A stretch of 64,000 nucleotides of DNA from a bacterium (GTDB lineage Bacteria > Hinthialibacterota > Hinthialibacteria > Hinthialibacterales > Hinthialibacteraceae), in the NCBI GenBank assembly GCA_963663405.2, contig CAXXSM010000022.1, positions 64,001 through 128,000 of the forward strand. The letters run 5' to 3'. Both the position numbers and the translations under genes were made by a program. Below the pieces are notes generated by a model, which worked only from the letters and a program-made list of their open reading frames with translations, was not told the DNA's origin and made no database searches. Below, in pieces: positions 50,017 to 60,190 of the stretch; the first letter of the stretch is position 1, and each line of letters opens with the position of its first letter.

Positions 50017-50201
50017 AATCAGAACTCCCCTTTTTGGTCTATAATCGACTGGATAGTATAGCATCACGGCCGCATTGGAGTAATGTCCCGCTGTCGAAAT
50101 TATTGAACTCCCATTGACAGACGAATGGTTTCGGAAACAATCATACAAAGTACGAACAAATGGCGTAGCAGCGCCCTATTTTTTCATTAAAAGGAGACAA
50201 A

Positions 50202-51647
50202 TTGATGACTGGGAGTAAGACAATCGAGATTTCTTCGTTGGTTCTTTCCCTATTCATGATGTGTTTCATCACGGGAGTCTGTGTAGGGGCGGACTTGACT
50301 GTAAAGCAGGACGGCTCTGGGGACTACCAAACCGTCCAAGAAGCGCTGGACGCGGCGTCGGAAGGAGACACCGTGATCGTCTCAGCGGGTGTGTATGAGG
50401 AGGATATTAATATTGGACATTTCAACGTGCCGTCCGAAAAGAAAGATGGGATCACCCTTGTTGCGGCGGATGGAGAAGATGTTGAAATTAGAGCGAGTAA
50501 TACAGAACTTCGCTTCGCCGTTCTAGCGGCGGCCGGAAACGATCCAGGCCCCATGGACCGGATGGGTTTTATCATTCACGGTAATAATATCACGGTAGAA
50601 GGAATTCGTTTTGTTCAACCGTCAGACGAAATTAACAACTTGGAGGTCAATACCGCAATCGCAGTAGGCGGCGCGGATGTAACATTCCGCAACTGCGAGA
50701 TTGTTGGCCCTGGACTGGAAGTAGACGAAGATATCGTGGGATTGGCGATCGCTATTTTTGATGTCCAAGGGATTATGGAAGGGAATCCTACAATCGCGAC
50801 GAATCTACTTTTAGAAGATTGCACGTTTACGAATGTTCCCTACGGCTTCGCCAACACGGATTTCCTTAGCACAGGGCTGCCGCCGGAAGTGACTCTCAAT
50901 AACTGCGAGTTTTTCGGAACTGGAAACGCGATAGAAATCGACGCGGGCACCACTCATCTGATCGATTGTTACATGCATGATAACGCGCAGGGTTTTCATA
51001 TTTCCGATGATACCACCACCATTACGAACTGTATCATTGAAAACAACACAGTACATGGTATAGAGATTGACGATCAGGCGATCGAAGATGATGAACCGCC
51101 GGAGAATCCAGTCGTAACGATTGATGGCTGTACAATCTCAAATAATGGAACCGAGACGAACCATTATGGGCTGCTGATGGATATCGGAACATTGACAATG
51201 ACCAATACGATTATCCAAGGCAGTTCCGGCCCCAATGTGTTTTTTGGAACGGAATCGGGGCGGGAGAATATAGCCACGCTCGATCACTGCGATCTCTATC
51301 AATCGAAAAGCGGTGTCGCGGTAAACACCGTCGCCGAATCGCAGGACATCATCACTTTCACGATGACCAATTCCATTGTTGTGGATACAAAAGGCATTAT
51401 CAACAGCGCGGATATTCTTGGCGATTTCACGGTGAATTACTGTGATGTCTATACGACTGACGCGCAGTTCGAAGGGCCGTTTCTCAGCACGGAGAATAAT
51501 CTTAACGTCGATCCGGGCTATGTTGACGCGGCGAACGGGAATTTCTTCCTGCTGCCGGATTCTCAAGTCGCTACCGCCGGGGGAAATGGAACCTATATGG
51601 GTTCAAAAGGCGTTACGACTCCCGTCGGAGATTGGATGCTGCGGTAA
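50202..51647 (+). CDS. Secreted right-handed beta-helix (pectin-lyase-fold) protein with C-terminal V-x-D-W motif
   Basis: V.QDGSGDYQTVQEAL..A..GD.V.V.AG.Y.E; PbH1-like repeats; DP.YVDAANGNF.L...S; ends TTPVGDWMLR. Confidence 0.85.
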   Translation: MMTGSKTIEISSLVLSLFMMCFITGVCVGADLTVKQDGSGDYQTVQEALDAASEGDTVIVSAGVYEEDINIGHFNVPSEKKDGITLVAADGEDVEIRASNTELRFAVLAAAGNDPGPMDRMGFIIHGNNITVEGIRFVQPSDEINNLEVNTAIAVGGADVTFRNCEIVGPGLEVDEDIVGLAIAIFDVQGIMEGNPTIATNLLLEDCTFTNVPYGFANTDFLSTGLPPEVTLNNCEFFGTGNAIEIDAGTTHLIDCYMHDNAQGFHISDDTTTITNCIIENNTVHGIEIDDQAIEDDEPPENPVVTIDGCTISNNGTETNHYGLLMDIGTLTMTNTIIQGSSGPNVFFGTESGRENIATLDHCDLYQSKSGVAVNTVAESQDIITFTMTNSIVVDTKGIINSADILGDFTVNYCDVYTTDAQFEGPFLSTENNLNVDPGYVDAANGNFFLLPDSQVATAGGNGTYMGSKGVTTPVGDWMLR

Positions 51648-51689
51648 ACGAATTCGTCTTGTATTAAACAAACACAAGAGGAGTGAAGC

Positions 51690-52976
51690 ATGAAAACGAG
51701 AGGAACAGGATTTTTATTCATCGCTGTTGTGGTAAGCGTTCTCATCGCCGCGCCCGCGTGGAGCGAGATAGTCGCGCGGGAAGGTAAAGGCTTTTTGGAG
51801 CGTGTGGACGGGCAGCTGATCCTTCATTTAAAAGGAAGTTATTATGAGATCGGCTATCAGCATGGGAAATTGCTGAAAACCCAAGTCGTCCAGAATATGA
51901 AGAACCTCGCGGACAATGAGACCGAGAAGGGCCAAACCATGGAGTATAAGATGTATAAAATGCTCCGTGGCGGCATGCACACCCGTCTCTTGCCCCATAT
52001 CCCTAAAAAATTCATTGAGGAAATGCATGGCATCGCGGATGGCGCTGAAATGGAGTATGAAGACGTTCTGGCGGGGAATCTGTTTCCCGAAGCGTTTCAT
52101 TGCAGTGGCGCCGCGTTTATGGGGAAAGCCTCACACGACGGCTCACTTTATCACGTCCGGATTCTCGATTTCATGGTTGACGCCGGTTTGCAGGACAACG
52201 CCGTTCTCTCGATCGTCGAACCGGAAGGCGCCTACGCGTTCATGAATGTTGGGTACGCGGGATTTATGGGTTCTGTCACCGGCATGAATGAAAAGCAGAT
52301 CACCATCGGTGAAATGGGCGGTGGCGGTCAGGGGCACTGGGATGGCCTGCCGATGTCGCTGCTGCTCCGGGATACGCTGGAACGGGCGTCGACCCTGCAG
52401 GAAGCGATGGATATATACAAAAACACGCCTCGCACTTGTGAATATTTTTACGTCATTTCCGACGCGAAGATTCCGGACGCGCGGGGTGTGTATGCGACAC
52501 CAAAACAGATTCACTTCATCAAACCGGGAGAACGCTACGCGTTCTTTGATATCCCCCCCGCCCCGGAAAAAGACAGCGGTGGAAACCGGGTTCTTCTGAA
52601 AGGATTCCGGGATATCATCTCTTCCCCCGTACAGACGTTGATTGAATCTCCGAAAGGGGATGAAATCGCCATGTTCAACCTTCAACCGGAAGACTGCGTT
52701 ATTATTTCCGGACCCGACCGGTACCGGTATTTCGCGGAACGGATTGTTGAGCAGTATGGCAAGGTGGATGAAAACGTATTACAGGAAGTGATCAAACGCC
52801 CCGTTTCGATGAAAAGCAATCTGCACAACGCGATCTTTCACCCTTCAACGTTAGAAGCCTGGGTGGCCCACGCCGATAAAGAAGGGAATCCCTCGTGCAA
52901 CCAACCCTATCATCACTTCAAATTGGTGAAACAGACGGAGGAGAAAGAAGGCGTGCAAACGACGTTAGCGAAATAG
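51690..52976 (+). CDS. C45-family Ntn hydrolase (acyl-CoA:6-APA acyltransferase-like), secreted
   Basis: LKGSYYEIGYQHG, EEMHGIADG, H|CSG nucleophile, RILDF, TGMNE. Confidence 0.85.
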   Translation: MKTRGTGFLFIAVVVSVLIAAPAWSEIVAREGKGFLERVDGQLILHLKGSYYEIGYQHGKLLKTQVVQNMKNLADNETEKGQTMEYKMYKMLRGGMHTRLLPHIPKKFIEEMHGIADGAEMEYEDVLAGNLFPEAFHCSGAAFMGKASHDGSLYHVRILDFMVDAGLQDNAVLSIVEPEGAYAFMNVGYAGFMGSVTGMNEKQITIGEMGGGGQGHWDGLPMSLLLRDTLERASTLQEAMDIYKNTPRTCEYFYVISDAKIPDARGVYATPKQIHFIKPGERYAFFDIPPAPEKDSGGNRVLLKGFRDIISSPVQTLIESPKGDEIAMFNLQPEDCVIISGPDRYRYFAERIVEQYGKVDENVLQEVIKRPVSMKSNLHNAIFHPSTLEAWVAHADKEGNPSCNQPYHHFKLVKQTEEKEGVQTTLAK

Positions 52977-53138
52977 AACGTTGATTGAAGCAATAAGTTT
53001 TTGAGCTCAGGATATATAGTCCTGGGCTCTTGTTTTATCCATCGGAGTATAGGAATTTTCCACTCATTTGGATAATGAGTACATCGCAATGGACAAACCA
53101 TTCACTTTTCATGGAAAATTGTGAAGCCGATCAAACCG

Positions 53139-53184
53139 CCCAGAGTTGAAACACTGGGCTAGTATATTTTGTCCCTGCGGGACA
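53139..53184. repeat. REP-like double hairpin
   Basis: CCCAGAGTTGAAACACTGGG followed by GTCCCTGCGGGAC between convergent genes. Confidence 0.5.
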
Positions 53185-53293
53185 TAAAATTAGTTCTAGT
53201 TTTACTCGGAGAATATGAAAGAACAATTTTCGAATACGTATGTTTTGTTCTTATACTTTTTTAACTGGGTAAACTAACTTTATCGATCAATAA

Positions 53294-55150
53294 TCAAATC
53301 TCATTTTCTTCCGCAGGCGTTTCTGATGGATTGCGCACTGCTTCGAGGATACGTTGAGCCAGGTCTATTGTCACACCTGGCAGGGATATGAGTTCCTCGA
53401 TCTCTGTTTGCCTGATTTTTTCCAACGATCCAAAACGTTTTAATAGAGCGCGTTCGCGGGCGGGGCCGACACCGGGAATTTCACGCAGTGTGGACCGTTT
53501 GACTCGTTTACCGAATAAGCCGCGATGGTAGGTGATCCCAAAGCGGTGCGCTTCATCGCGGACTTGTTGGAGCAATTTCAATCCGGCATTGCGGCGATCG
53601 AGGCGGATAGGCGCTTCGACGCCTGGAAGGAAAATTTCTTCTTCCCGTTTCGCAAGGCTGCAGATCGGGAAATGATGAACATCGATCTCATCCAAGGCTT
53701 CCATCGCGGCGTGGAGATGCCCTTTTCCTCCATCGATTAATAGAAGATCGGGTGGTTCGGCGAATCGGCGTTTTTCGTTTTCGTTCTCTTCCCTGTGTTG
53801 GAACCGGCGCTGGAGCATTTCACGCATCATGGAATAATCATCCACCTGATCCACATTCTTGATTTTAAAGCGGCGGTAGGAGGATTTGTGCGCTTTACCG
53901 TTTTGAAAGACAACCATCGCTCCGACGGCTTCGGCTCCTTGGGTGTTGGAGATGTCGTATCCTTCGATGCGCAAAGGCAGCAGTTCGAGGCGGAGAGATT
54001 CCTGCAAGGCGATGACATTCGCAGGAACGCTTTGACGCACACCGCGCAGGCGCCGGTATTGCTGCTGCGCGGTGTCACGCGCGTTCTTTTCGGAAAGTTG
54101 GAGCATATCGTATTTAGCGCCACGTTGAGGCACAAGGATTTTAACCAATTTTTCCGCGACCCGCGCCAGCCATTTTTCCAAAATGCGTACGCGATCGATT
54201 CCCAGAGCGTTGGAGACATAAATCTCCTTTGGGATATCTGTATTGCGAGCGTAGAATTGATTGAGGAAAGCGTCGAGGATTTCCGGCGTGTCCGCCTGTT
54301 TGACATCGTCGAGAAAGTGCTTCGATGAACCGACGACGCGTCCTCCCCGGCGGCGGATCACCGCGACGCAGGCGATGTCATGCACCCGCGCGTATCCGAG
54401 AAAGTCTTGGTTTTCCACCGAGAGGCTCATCATTTTCTGTCGCCGGGCGAATTGTTCCGCCGCTTCAAGAATATCGCGATAGAATCCCGCTTTTTCGAAG
54501 AGTAAATCATCCGCGCAATCCTGCATACGTTGTGTCAGTTTCTGAATCACAAGATCCGTATGACCGCGAAGAAAGCCGGTGACGCCTAGGCAGATCTGTT
54601 GGTATTCTTCCGCGCTTACAATCTCACCGCAGGGCGCGCAGCACCGGCCCATTTCATAATCCAGACAGGGACGAACCGAGAGCAGTTTATCTGAATCGTG
54701 TTTGCAGGAACGGATGGGGAAAATCTCGTGCAGAGCGTTTAAGGTCTGGCGCGCCTGACCGGCGCGCGGGTAAGGGCCGAAATACGCCGCCCCATCCACT
54801 TCAACGGTCCGGGTGAGATACGCGCGGGGATACTTTTCATCGGTCAGTTTAATATAGGGATAACGTTTATCGTCTTTGAGTTTGACGTTGCAGGGGGGAT
54901 GATATTTTTTGATTAAGTTATATTCGAGTAGAAGCGCTTCGACTTCATCATCGGTGATAATGACATCGACCATTTCAGCGTCTTCCACGAAGGGAGACGC
55001 GTACCGCCCATCCTTGCGGCGGCAATGAGAGCGGACGCGCTTTTGGATGTCGATGGCCTTGCCGACATAGATGACTTTTCCCTGGGCGTTTTTCATCAGA
55101 TAAACGCCCGGTTCGTTGGGAAGAAGAGATAATTGTTCCGCGTCAATCAT
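53294..55150 (-). CDS. uvrC: Excinuclease ABC subunit UvrC
   Basis: PGVYLM...YVGKA GIY-YIG, RIEGYDIS, LIDGGKG, RDEAHRF, HhH. Confidence 0.97.
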   Translation of the reverse strand: MIDAEQLSLLPNEPGVYLMKNAQGKVIYVGKAIDIQKRVRSHCRRKDGRYASPFVEDAEMVDVIITDDEVEALLLEYNLIKKYHPPCNVKLKDDKRYPYIKLTDEKYPRAYLTRTVEVDGAAYFGPYPRAGQARQTLNALHEIFPIRSCKHDSDKLLSVRPCLDYEMGRCCAPCGEIVSAEEYQQICLGVTGFLRGHTDLVIQKLTQRMQDCADDLLFEKAGFYRDILEAAEQFARRQKMMSLSVENQDFLGYARVHDIACVAVIRRRGGRVVGSSKHFLDDVKQADTPEILDAFLNQFYARNTDIPKEIYVSNALGIDRVRILEKWLARVAEKLVKILVPQRGAKYDMLQLSEKNARDTAQQQYRRLRGVRQSVPANVIALQESLRLELLPLRIEGYDISNTQGAEAVGAMVVFQNGKAHKSSYRRFKIKNVDQVDDYSMMREMLQRRFQHREENENEKRRFAEPPDLLLIDGGKGHLHAAMEALDEIDVHHFPICSLAKREEEIFLPGVEAPIRLDRRNAGLKLLQQVRDEAHRFGITYHRGLFGKRVKRSTLREIPGVGPARERALLKRFGSLEKIRQTEIEELISLPGVTIDLAQRILEAVRNPSETPAEENEI

Positions 55151-55279
55151 TGATTATCGTTGTATTCGTATTCTTTTCATAAAACTAATATTACTATTAT
55201 TGTATCCACAAAACGGATTGCAGTTATTGTGAGCGATGTCATAATGGTTAAAAGATTGAACGCCAGTGGAGATCACACG

Positions 55280-55531
55280 ATGGAAGCAGAAACCATTCAT
55301 ATCAAGATTACAGGAGAACTTCGAAACCATCTGCAACAACAGATAGGGCCTCGCGGGCTTTATGAAAACGCAAGCGAATATGTCCGCGATCTCATCCGGC
55401 GCGACCTAAAGAGTCAACAAGAAGCGTGGGAATGGTTAAAAAAGGAACTGGAGCCCGCCCTTCGCGCTGATAAGAGCGCCTATATCGCAGTAACGGCGGA
55501 TGATGTTGTGGCTAGGAATAAAAGGAAATAA
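55280..55531 (+). CDS. parD: ParD-like RHH antitoxin
   Basis: GLYENASEYVRDLIRRD; upstream of ParE. Confidence 0.82.
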   Translation: MEAETIHIKITGELRNHLQQQIGPRGLYENASEYVRDLIRRDLKSQQEAWEWLKKELEPALRADKSAYIAVTADDVVARNKRK

Positions 55532-55533
55532 CA

Positions 55534-55908
55534 ATGGCCGGCTATCGTTTTTTCCCGGCGGCGGATTTACGACAAGATGAGATATGGGAATATACTTGTA
55601 AGCATTGGGGAGAAAAACAAGCGGAGAAGTATATACGAGATTTGCATAACCATCTACAAGAGCTCGCCGACAAGAAAAAACTATGGAGACCATTATCCTG
55701 TTCTATGATCATTCCATCTGATATCAAAATTAATGTATATTTCAGTCACTATAAGCGTCATTACATCTTTTTTCGTGAGTTATCAGATGATTTGATTGGT
55801 GTCATGAGTATTCTTCACGACTCTATTGATATTCCAGTGAGGCTTGCAGAGGACTTACAAGATATAGATAATATAAGTGGGGAAAAGGATTCATTTAACA
55901 ACGATTAG
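55534..55908 (+). CDS. parE: ParE/RelE-family toxin
   Basis: YRFFPAA....EIWEYT...WG..QA..Y, HYIFFR, ILH. Confidence 0.85.
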   Translation: MAGYRFFPAADLRQDEIWEYTCKHWGEKQAEKYIRDLHNHLQELADKKKLWRPLSCSMIIPSDIKINVYFSHYKRHYIFFRELSDDLIGVMSILHDSIDIPVRLAEDLQDIDNISGEKDSFNND

Positions 55909-55972
55909 ACTCTATCTTAAGAATCATTTCATTACAAAAAAAATCAAGACAATTTTATGTCATTCCTTAAAA

Positions 55973-57415
55973 TCACCGATTCCTCAAAACGCGAAATAGG
56001 TTTTCGATATCCTCCCGGCTGATTCCCCGCAGGAGGAGCAGGGAGATCGCATAGACAGTGGCGCCGAGGAGGATGGCGAAGTACCAGGGGAGCTGGATGG
56101 AGAGGATAACCAGGGCCATGATGAGTGATGCGGCGAGGATGGCGAGATAGCGTTTCCCTTCGGTGAATAAGTGTAAATCCCTTGTGTGATAGCTCATCAG
56201 AACGCCATATAATCCTTGAGAAATGACCGTCATGACGGAGGCTCCCAGCGCGCCCCAGAGGAGAATGGCGGGTACGTTCAGAATCGCATTGCTGACGAGT
56301 CCCCAGGCGGACGCCTGTAAATTTTTGCGTTGCCGGTCGGTCGCGTTGAGAATGGCGCCGAGTAGAAAATTGGCAAAGATGAAGGGCAGCGACCAAACCA
56401 GAATTTTGAAGACATCGCACGCCCGTGGATCGACTTTTCGCAGCAGCTGCGTAACCAGATCATCCGCGACACACGTTCCCCCGACCGCCATGGGAATTGC
56501 GATGATCATTAATCCACGCAGAAAAAGGCCCGCCGTCCGGGAGAACGGACGATTTTCGTGATAGAGTTTGGAAAAGACCGGATAGGCGGCGATGGAGAGG
56601 ACCTGTGGAAAGAGAAACAGCCCTTCAAATATTCGGTAAGGGGCGCGGTATAAGCCGGTTTCGCTGTCATCCCAGATCCAATTGATCATCGCGGTGTCTT
56701 CGCGGTGCAGGAGCAAGACGCAGGCCGATGATAATCCAATAGGAACCGCCAGTTTCTGCCACTCAAACCATTCGGAATACTTAAACGTCCGGCGGGACCA
56801 TCCCACACGTTGGAGAATCACCTTCCAATAAAACGCTACGGATACAAGCGAACCGGCTGTGTAGCATAAAAACACAGGAGGAAGGTGGGGATAAAACAAA
56901 AGCATAGGGATCGCCAAGCCGATGTGGACGATTTTTTCGAGAATATTTGCGATCCCTTCCATCGAAAGAAGTTCCAGACTGCGTACAAAGGAGCGGATAA
57001 ACATCATGTGAAGAACAGCGAAAAAAAAGAAGACTGCGCAGACAATCAAACTCCATGTATGTTCAGGTTTTCCCACTGCGGCGAGAAGGAACATCATGAT
57101 GATCCCACCCACGATCGAAATCGTCAGGCGGAAATAGAAAAGAGAGCGCAATACGTTTTTCAATCGATCGCGGCGCCGGGCGATCTCCCGCGTGATTGTT
57201 TGTTCCAATCCGAAGTCGATCAACACGCAGAAAATGATGGCCATTTCCATAAAATATTCGATCCGGCCGAATTTCTCCTGACCGAGAATCTCTACCGCAA
57301 GGAGCGTATAGCCCAGGACCATCAATTTACAGAAGATTCCACTGATACCTAAAATCGATCCATAGCGTGTGATCCGGCGGCCAACGCCTTTATCTGAAGC
57401 GGAATTGGATATCAT
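55973..57415 (-). CDS. Wzx-type polysaccharide flippase
   Basis: LG.E.FG, DFGL...TREIAR, D..MI, GLY.A.YR; about 12-14 TM. Confidence 0.88.
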   Translation of the reverse strand: MISNSASDKGVGRRITRYGSILGISGIFCKLMVLGYTLLAVEILGQEKFGRIEYFMEMAIIFCVLIDFGLEQTITREIARRRDRLKNVLRSLFYFRLTISIVGGIIMMFLLAAVGKPEHTWSLIVCAVFFFFAVLHMMFIRSFVRSLELLSMEGIANILEKIVHIGLAIPMLLFYPHLPPVFLCYTAGSLVSVAFYWKVILQRVGWSRRTFKYSEWFEWQKLAVPIGLSSACVLLLHREDTAMINWIWDDSETGLYRAPYRIFEGLFLFPQVLSIAAYPVFSKLYHENRPFSRTAGLFLRGLMIIAIPMAVGGTCVADDLVTQLLRKVDPRACDVFKILVWSLPFIFANFLLGAILNATDRQRKNLQASAWGLVSNAILNVPAILLWGALGASVMTVISQGLYGVLMSYHTRDLHLFTEGKRYLAILAASLIMALVILSIQLPWYFAILLGATVYAISLLLLRGISREDIENLFRVLRNR

Positions 57416-58560
57416 TACGCTGATTGTCCCATGAGCGATTGATAGAATTCGGTGATCTGATCCGCAAAGCGCGGCCAAGTATACAATCCACGGCTGCGGA
57501 TGATTCCTTTTTGCCGCAGCCGTTCACATTCTGCGGGGCGCCCGCGGAGATACTTGATTTTCGCGGTTAAATCCTCAATAGAATTTTCTTGGAAGATCAA
57601 TCCTGCATCGCCGGTTACTTCGGGGATGGCGCCGGAGGAGGATCCAATAACAGGAGTTCCCACGGCCATCGCTTCGATAATGGCTCGGCCCAGTTGTTCT
57701 TGCCAACCTTCCATTGTGCGGGAAGGCAGAACAAAAAGGTCCATGCGCCGCAGCACATCAACAACCCGCCGTTCGGACACGGTGGGAATCCATTCAATCC
57801 GATCTTGAATTTGCAAACGTTCAGCGTCCTTTTTCCATCGTTCTGTGTCGCCTCCTCCGGCAAGGATCAGGCGGCAGTCCGGCAGTCCCGCCAATGCGCG
57901 GAGGAGCAGATCCGTTCCCTTCATATAAATCAAACGGCCTACGTATCCGATGGTAAATGATTCATTTTTCTGGCGAGGGCCGGCCGGTTCCGCAAAGAAA
58001 TACGATGGAATCCCATAAGAAATAACGCGCGTTGGTTTTGTATAACCCTTCCGGAGAAGGACATTCCTCGCTCCTTCGGTTGCGCAGACGGCGGCGGTTG
58101 AACGGGCGTGGAGCGTCTTATCAATCAACCGGTAGAATGGAGACGCCTTGGCTGGATAGATCCAGGGACGGTAGATGTTCTCCCAAGTATAAAATAGGAG
58201 GCGGGCTGAATGCGCGATCGCGCCTGCGGTGAGTAGAGTTTGAAGGGCGCTGATGGACCAGGGTTCTTCGAGCAGTTGGATAATATGAGGGCGCGCGCGT
58301 GCGATCGCTCTCATTAATCCGGAATAGTATCCTGTCCGGGCATAGTAGTCTTTCCAGAAAACCTTTCCCGAATGAGAGGTGTAAGACGCGTCTGGATGGG
58401 AGCGCCAGATCACTTCCCGCCCATTTTCGATCCAATGTTCCGGACCAAGGACATGCAGATCCACGCCGGGCCGCCGTCCCAGTTCCTGATGCCGTTCGTG
58501 CGAGGAATCCAATCCCGCCGTTTTATCGATTATAAGAACACGTATCATTTCCATCCCCAA
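57415..58560 (-). CDS. GT4-family glycosyltransferase
   Basis: YVGRL...KG, FVLPS...EQLGRAIIEAMAVGTPVIGS.SGAIPE. Confidence 0.92.
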   Translation of the reverse strand: MGMEMIRVLIIDKTAGLDSSHERHQELGRRPGVDLHVLGPEHWIENGREVIWRSHPDASYTSHSGKVFWKDYYARTGYYSGLMRAIARARPHIIQLLEEPWSISALQTLLTAGAIAHSARLLFYTWENIYRPWIYPAKASPFYRLIDKTLHARSTAAVCATEGARNVLLRKGYTKPTRVISYGIPSYFFAEPAGPRQKNESFTIGYVGRLIYMKGTDLLLRALAGLPDCRLILAGGGDTERWKKDAERLQIQDRIEWIPTVSERRVVDVLRRMDLFVLPSRTMEGWQEQLGRAIIEAMAVGTPVIGSSSGAIPEVTGDAGLIFQENSIEDLTAKIKYLRGRPAECERLRQKGIIRSRGLYTWPRFADQITEFYQSLMGQSA

Positions 58561-58579
58561 ACGATACTTATAAAGGTGT

Positions 58580-58605
58580 TTAGGTTGAAGGTTGAAGACG
58601 GAAGG
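58580..58605 (+). repeat. Third copy of the heptameric TGAAG element
   Basis: TTAGGTTGAAGGTTGAAGACGGAAGG, 24/26 identical to 25179-25204. Confidence 0.65.
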
Positions 58606-58764
58606 TTTTTAAAAATGGCCTTCGGCCAGAATGTATTTATAATCTCCTTAAAGAAGCGGATCGGCCCAATCATCATAAACATCAATCGTTAGATTCCCGT
58701 TTCGGACGTTACGGATAGGATACCCTATCGTATTTAAATAAAATTTTACTACCGGGAAACGAGA

Positions 58765-60111
58765 ATGAGATTTATTAATGCTTTGTTTTTTATTGTATTT
58801 TTCATTGTATGCTCTCCATTATTGTCTAATGCGGATTCCACATCACCCGAACCGAATTCACCTCCAATCGATGTCCGGATATTAATAGACGAAAGTCTCA
58901 GGAAAGACGGATTTGAAGAAGATATCAAAAAGTGGCTTGCGTTTTCAAAAAACATTCTATTGAAAGAATCCGGCATCAACATCCGATTCATTGAGCATCA
59001 CCCCATTACCATCCCGAAAAAGAATCTAGACTCGTGGCATCACCATAAACAGAGAGACATATTTAAGGAATGGGTTAACGAACATCGAAGAAAGGATGAA
59101 ATCATCTACGCCTTTGTCTCCGCAACGGATGATGCGGGAAAGTGCATGTCCAGTATGGGGATATCCCTAACCGCCATCGATTCAACAAAAACACAATCTC
59201 GTAAATGGCTCGTTCTTCACGAGTTCGCCCATCTCTTCGGCGCTCCAGACGTCGTTTTGAAGGATCACGTTATGAATGACGAATGCATATTGGAATATGG
59301 AGACGAGCCCCTTCAATTCGATCCTCACACGCTGGCGATTATGAGAATTGCAAACGAATATCTCCAATCTACAAAAAGAGGATTTTTCAGTTTCGCCCAT
59401 ATACCACCCGATTACGGTAAACGCATAATTCCACACCTTAATACGCTGCTATTCCATGCAAAACATAAAGAGTCGATGCACTGTGAATTGGGAGAATATT
59501 ATTTAATTAACAGCCAGTATAAACAGGCTTTAAGCGAATTCGACCGTTCTCTTCAAATCGTCTCTGATCGAATCGCTTGCGCTACCCCATCACCCAAGGA
59601 CTTTCAAGAAGTGGCCGTTGACCTGATTCAATACAATAAAGGATTGTGTTTAGTGCCGCTGGGAAAATATCATGAGGCTTTATCCTTGTTTCAACTTTCC
59701 TTAACAAGCGGGCCTGAAAATAGTGACAAGCATTTCTGGATATCAAGGACGTATCATATTTTGGGAGAGATCGATCCCGCATTGCGGCACAGTGAAAACA
59801 GCCTGCGTCTCAATCCTTCTAATCCACCGATCTGGCATTACCATGGCGTCTTGCTTTTAACACAGATACCAGCGAATACATGGGAAGGAGACGAGATGGA
59901 TAAGGCTATCCATTGTTTCAACAAAGCAATCGAACTTGATCCTTCCATCGCTATCTCCCATGCGTATCTCGGCGCGATTTACATTCAGCGAAACGATCTT
60001 CCAAAAGCGGAACCGTATCTGCAATATGCGAAAAAGAATGGTTTTGAAGATGGTTTGAGAATTAAGAAAAAGGGGGAGACAATCCACGTGAGTTTTTCCA
60101 AGCAGCGTTAG
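58765..60111 (+). CDS. Secreted zincin metalloprotease domain plus TPR repeats
   Basis: Signal peptide; HEFAHLFGAPD...VM; TPRs (AIHCFNKAIELDP). Confidence 0.78.
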   Translation: MRFINALFFIVFFIVCSPLLSNADSTSPEPNSPPIDVRILIDESLRKDGFEEDIKKWLAFSKNILLKESGINIRFIEHHPITIPKKNLDSWHHHKQRDIFKEWVNEHRRKDEIIYAFVSATDDAGKCMSSMGISLTAIDSTKTQSRKWLVLHEFAHLFGAPDVVLKDHVMNDECILEYGDEPLQFDPHTLAIMRIANEYLQSTKRGFFSFAHIPPDYGKRIIPHLNTLLFHAKHKESMHCELGEYYLINSQYKQALSEFDRSLQIVSDRIACATPSPKDFQEVAVDLIQYNKGLCLVPLGKYHEALSLFQLSLTSGPENSDKHFWISRTYHILGEIDPALRHSENSLRLNPSNPPIWHYHGVLLLTQIPANTWEGDEMDKAIHCFNKAIELDPSIAISHAYLGAIYIQRNDLPKAEPYLQYAKKNGFEDGLRIKKKGETIHVSFSKQR

Positions 60112-60190
60112 TCAATTCTTCGATTTTCCACCTTTCGTCTATAATAAAAAATCCTAATTTAACTCGAATCCTGAGGAGCCGAAGATTTTC

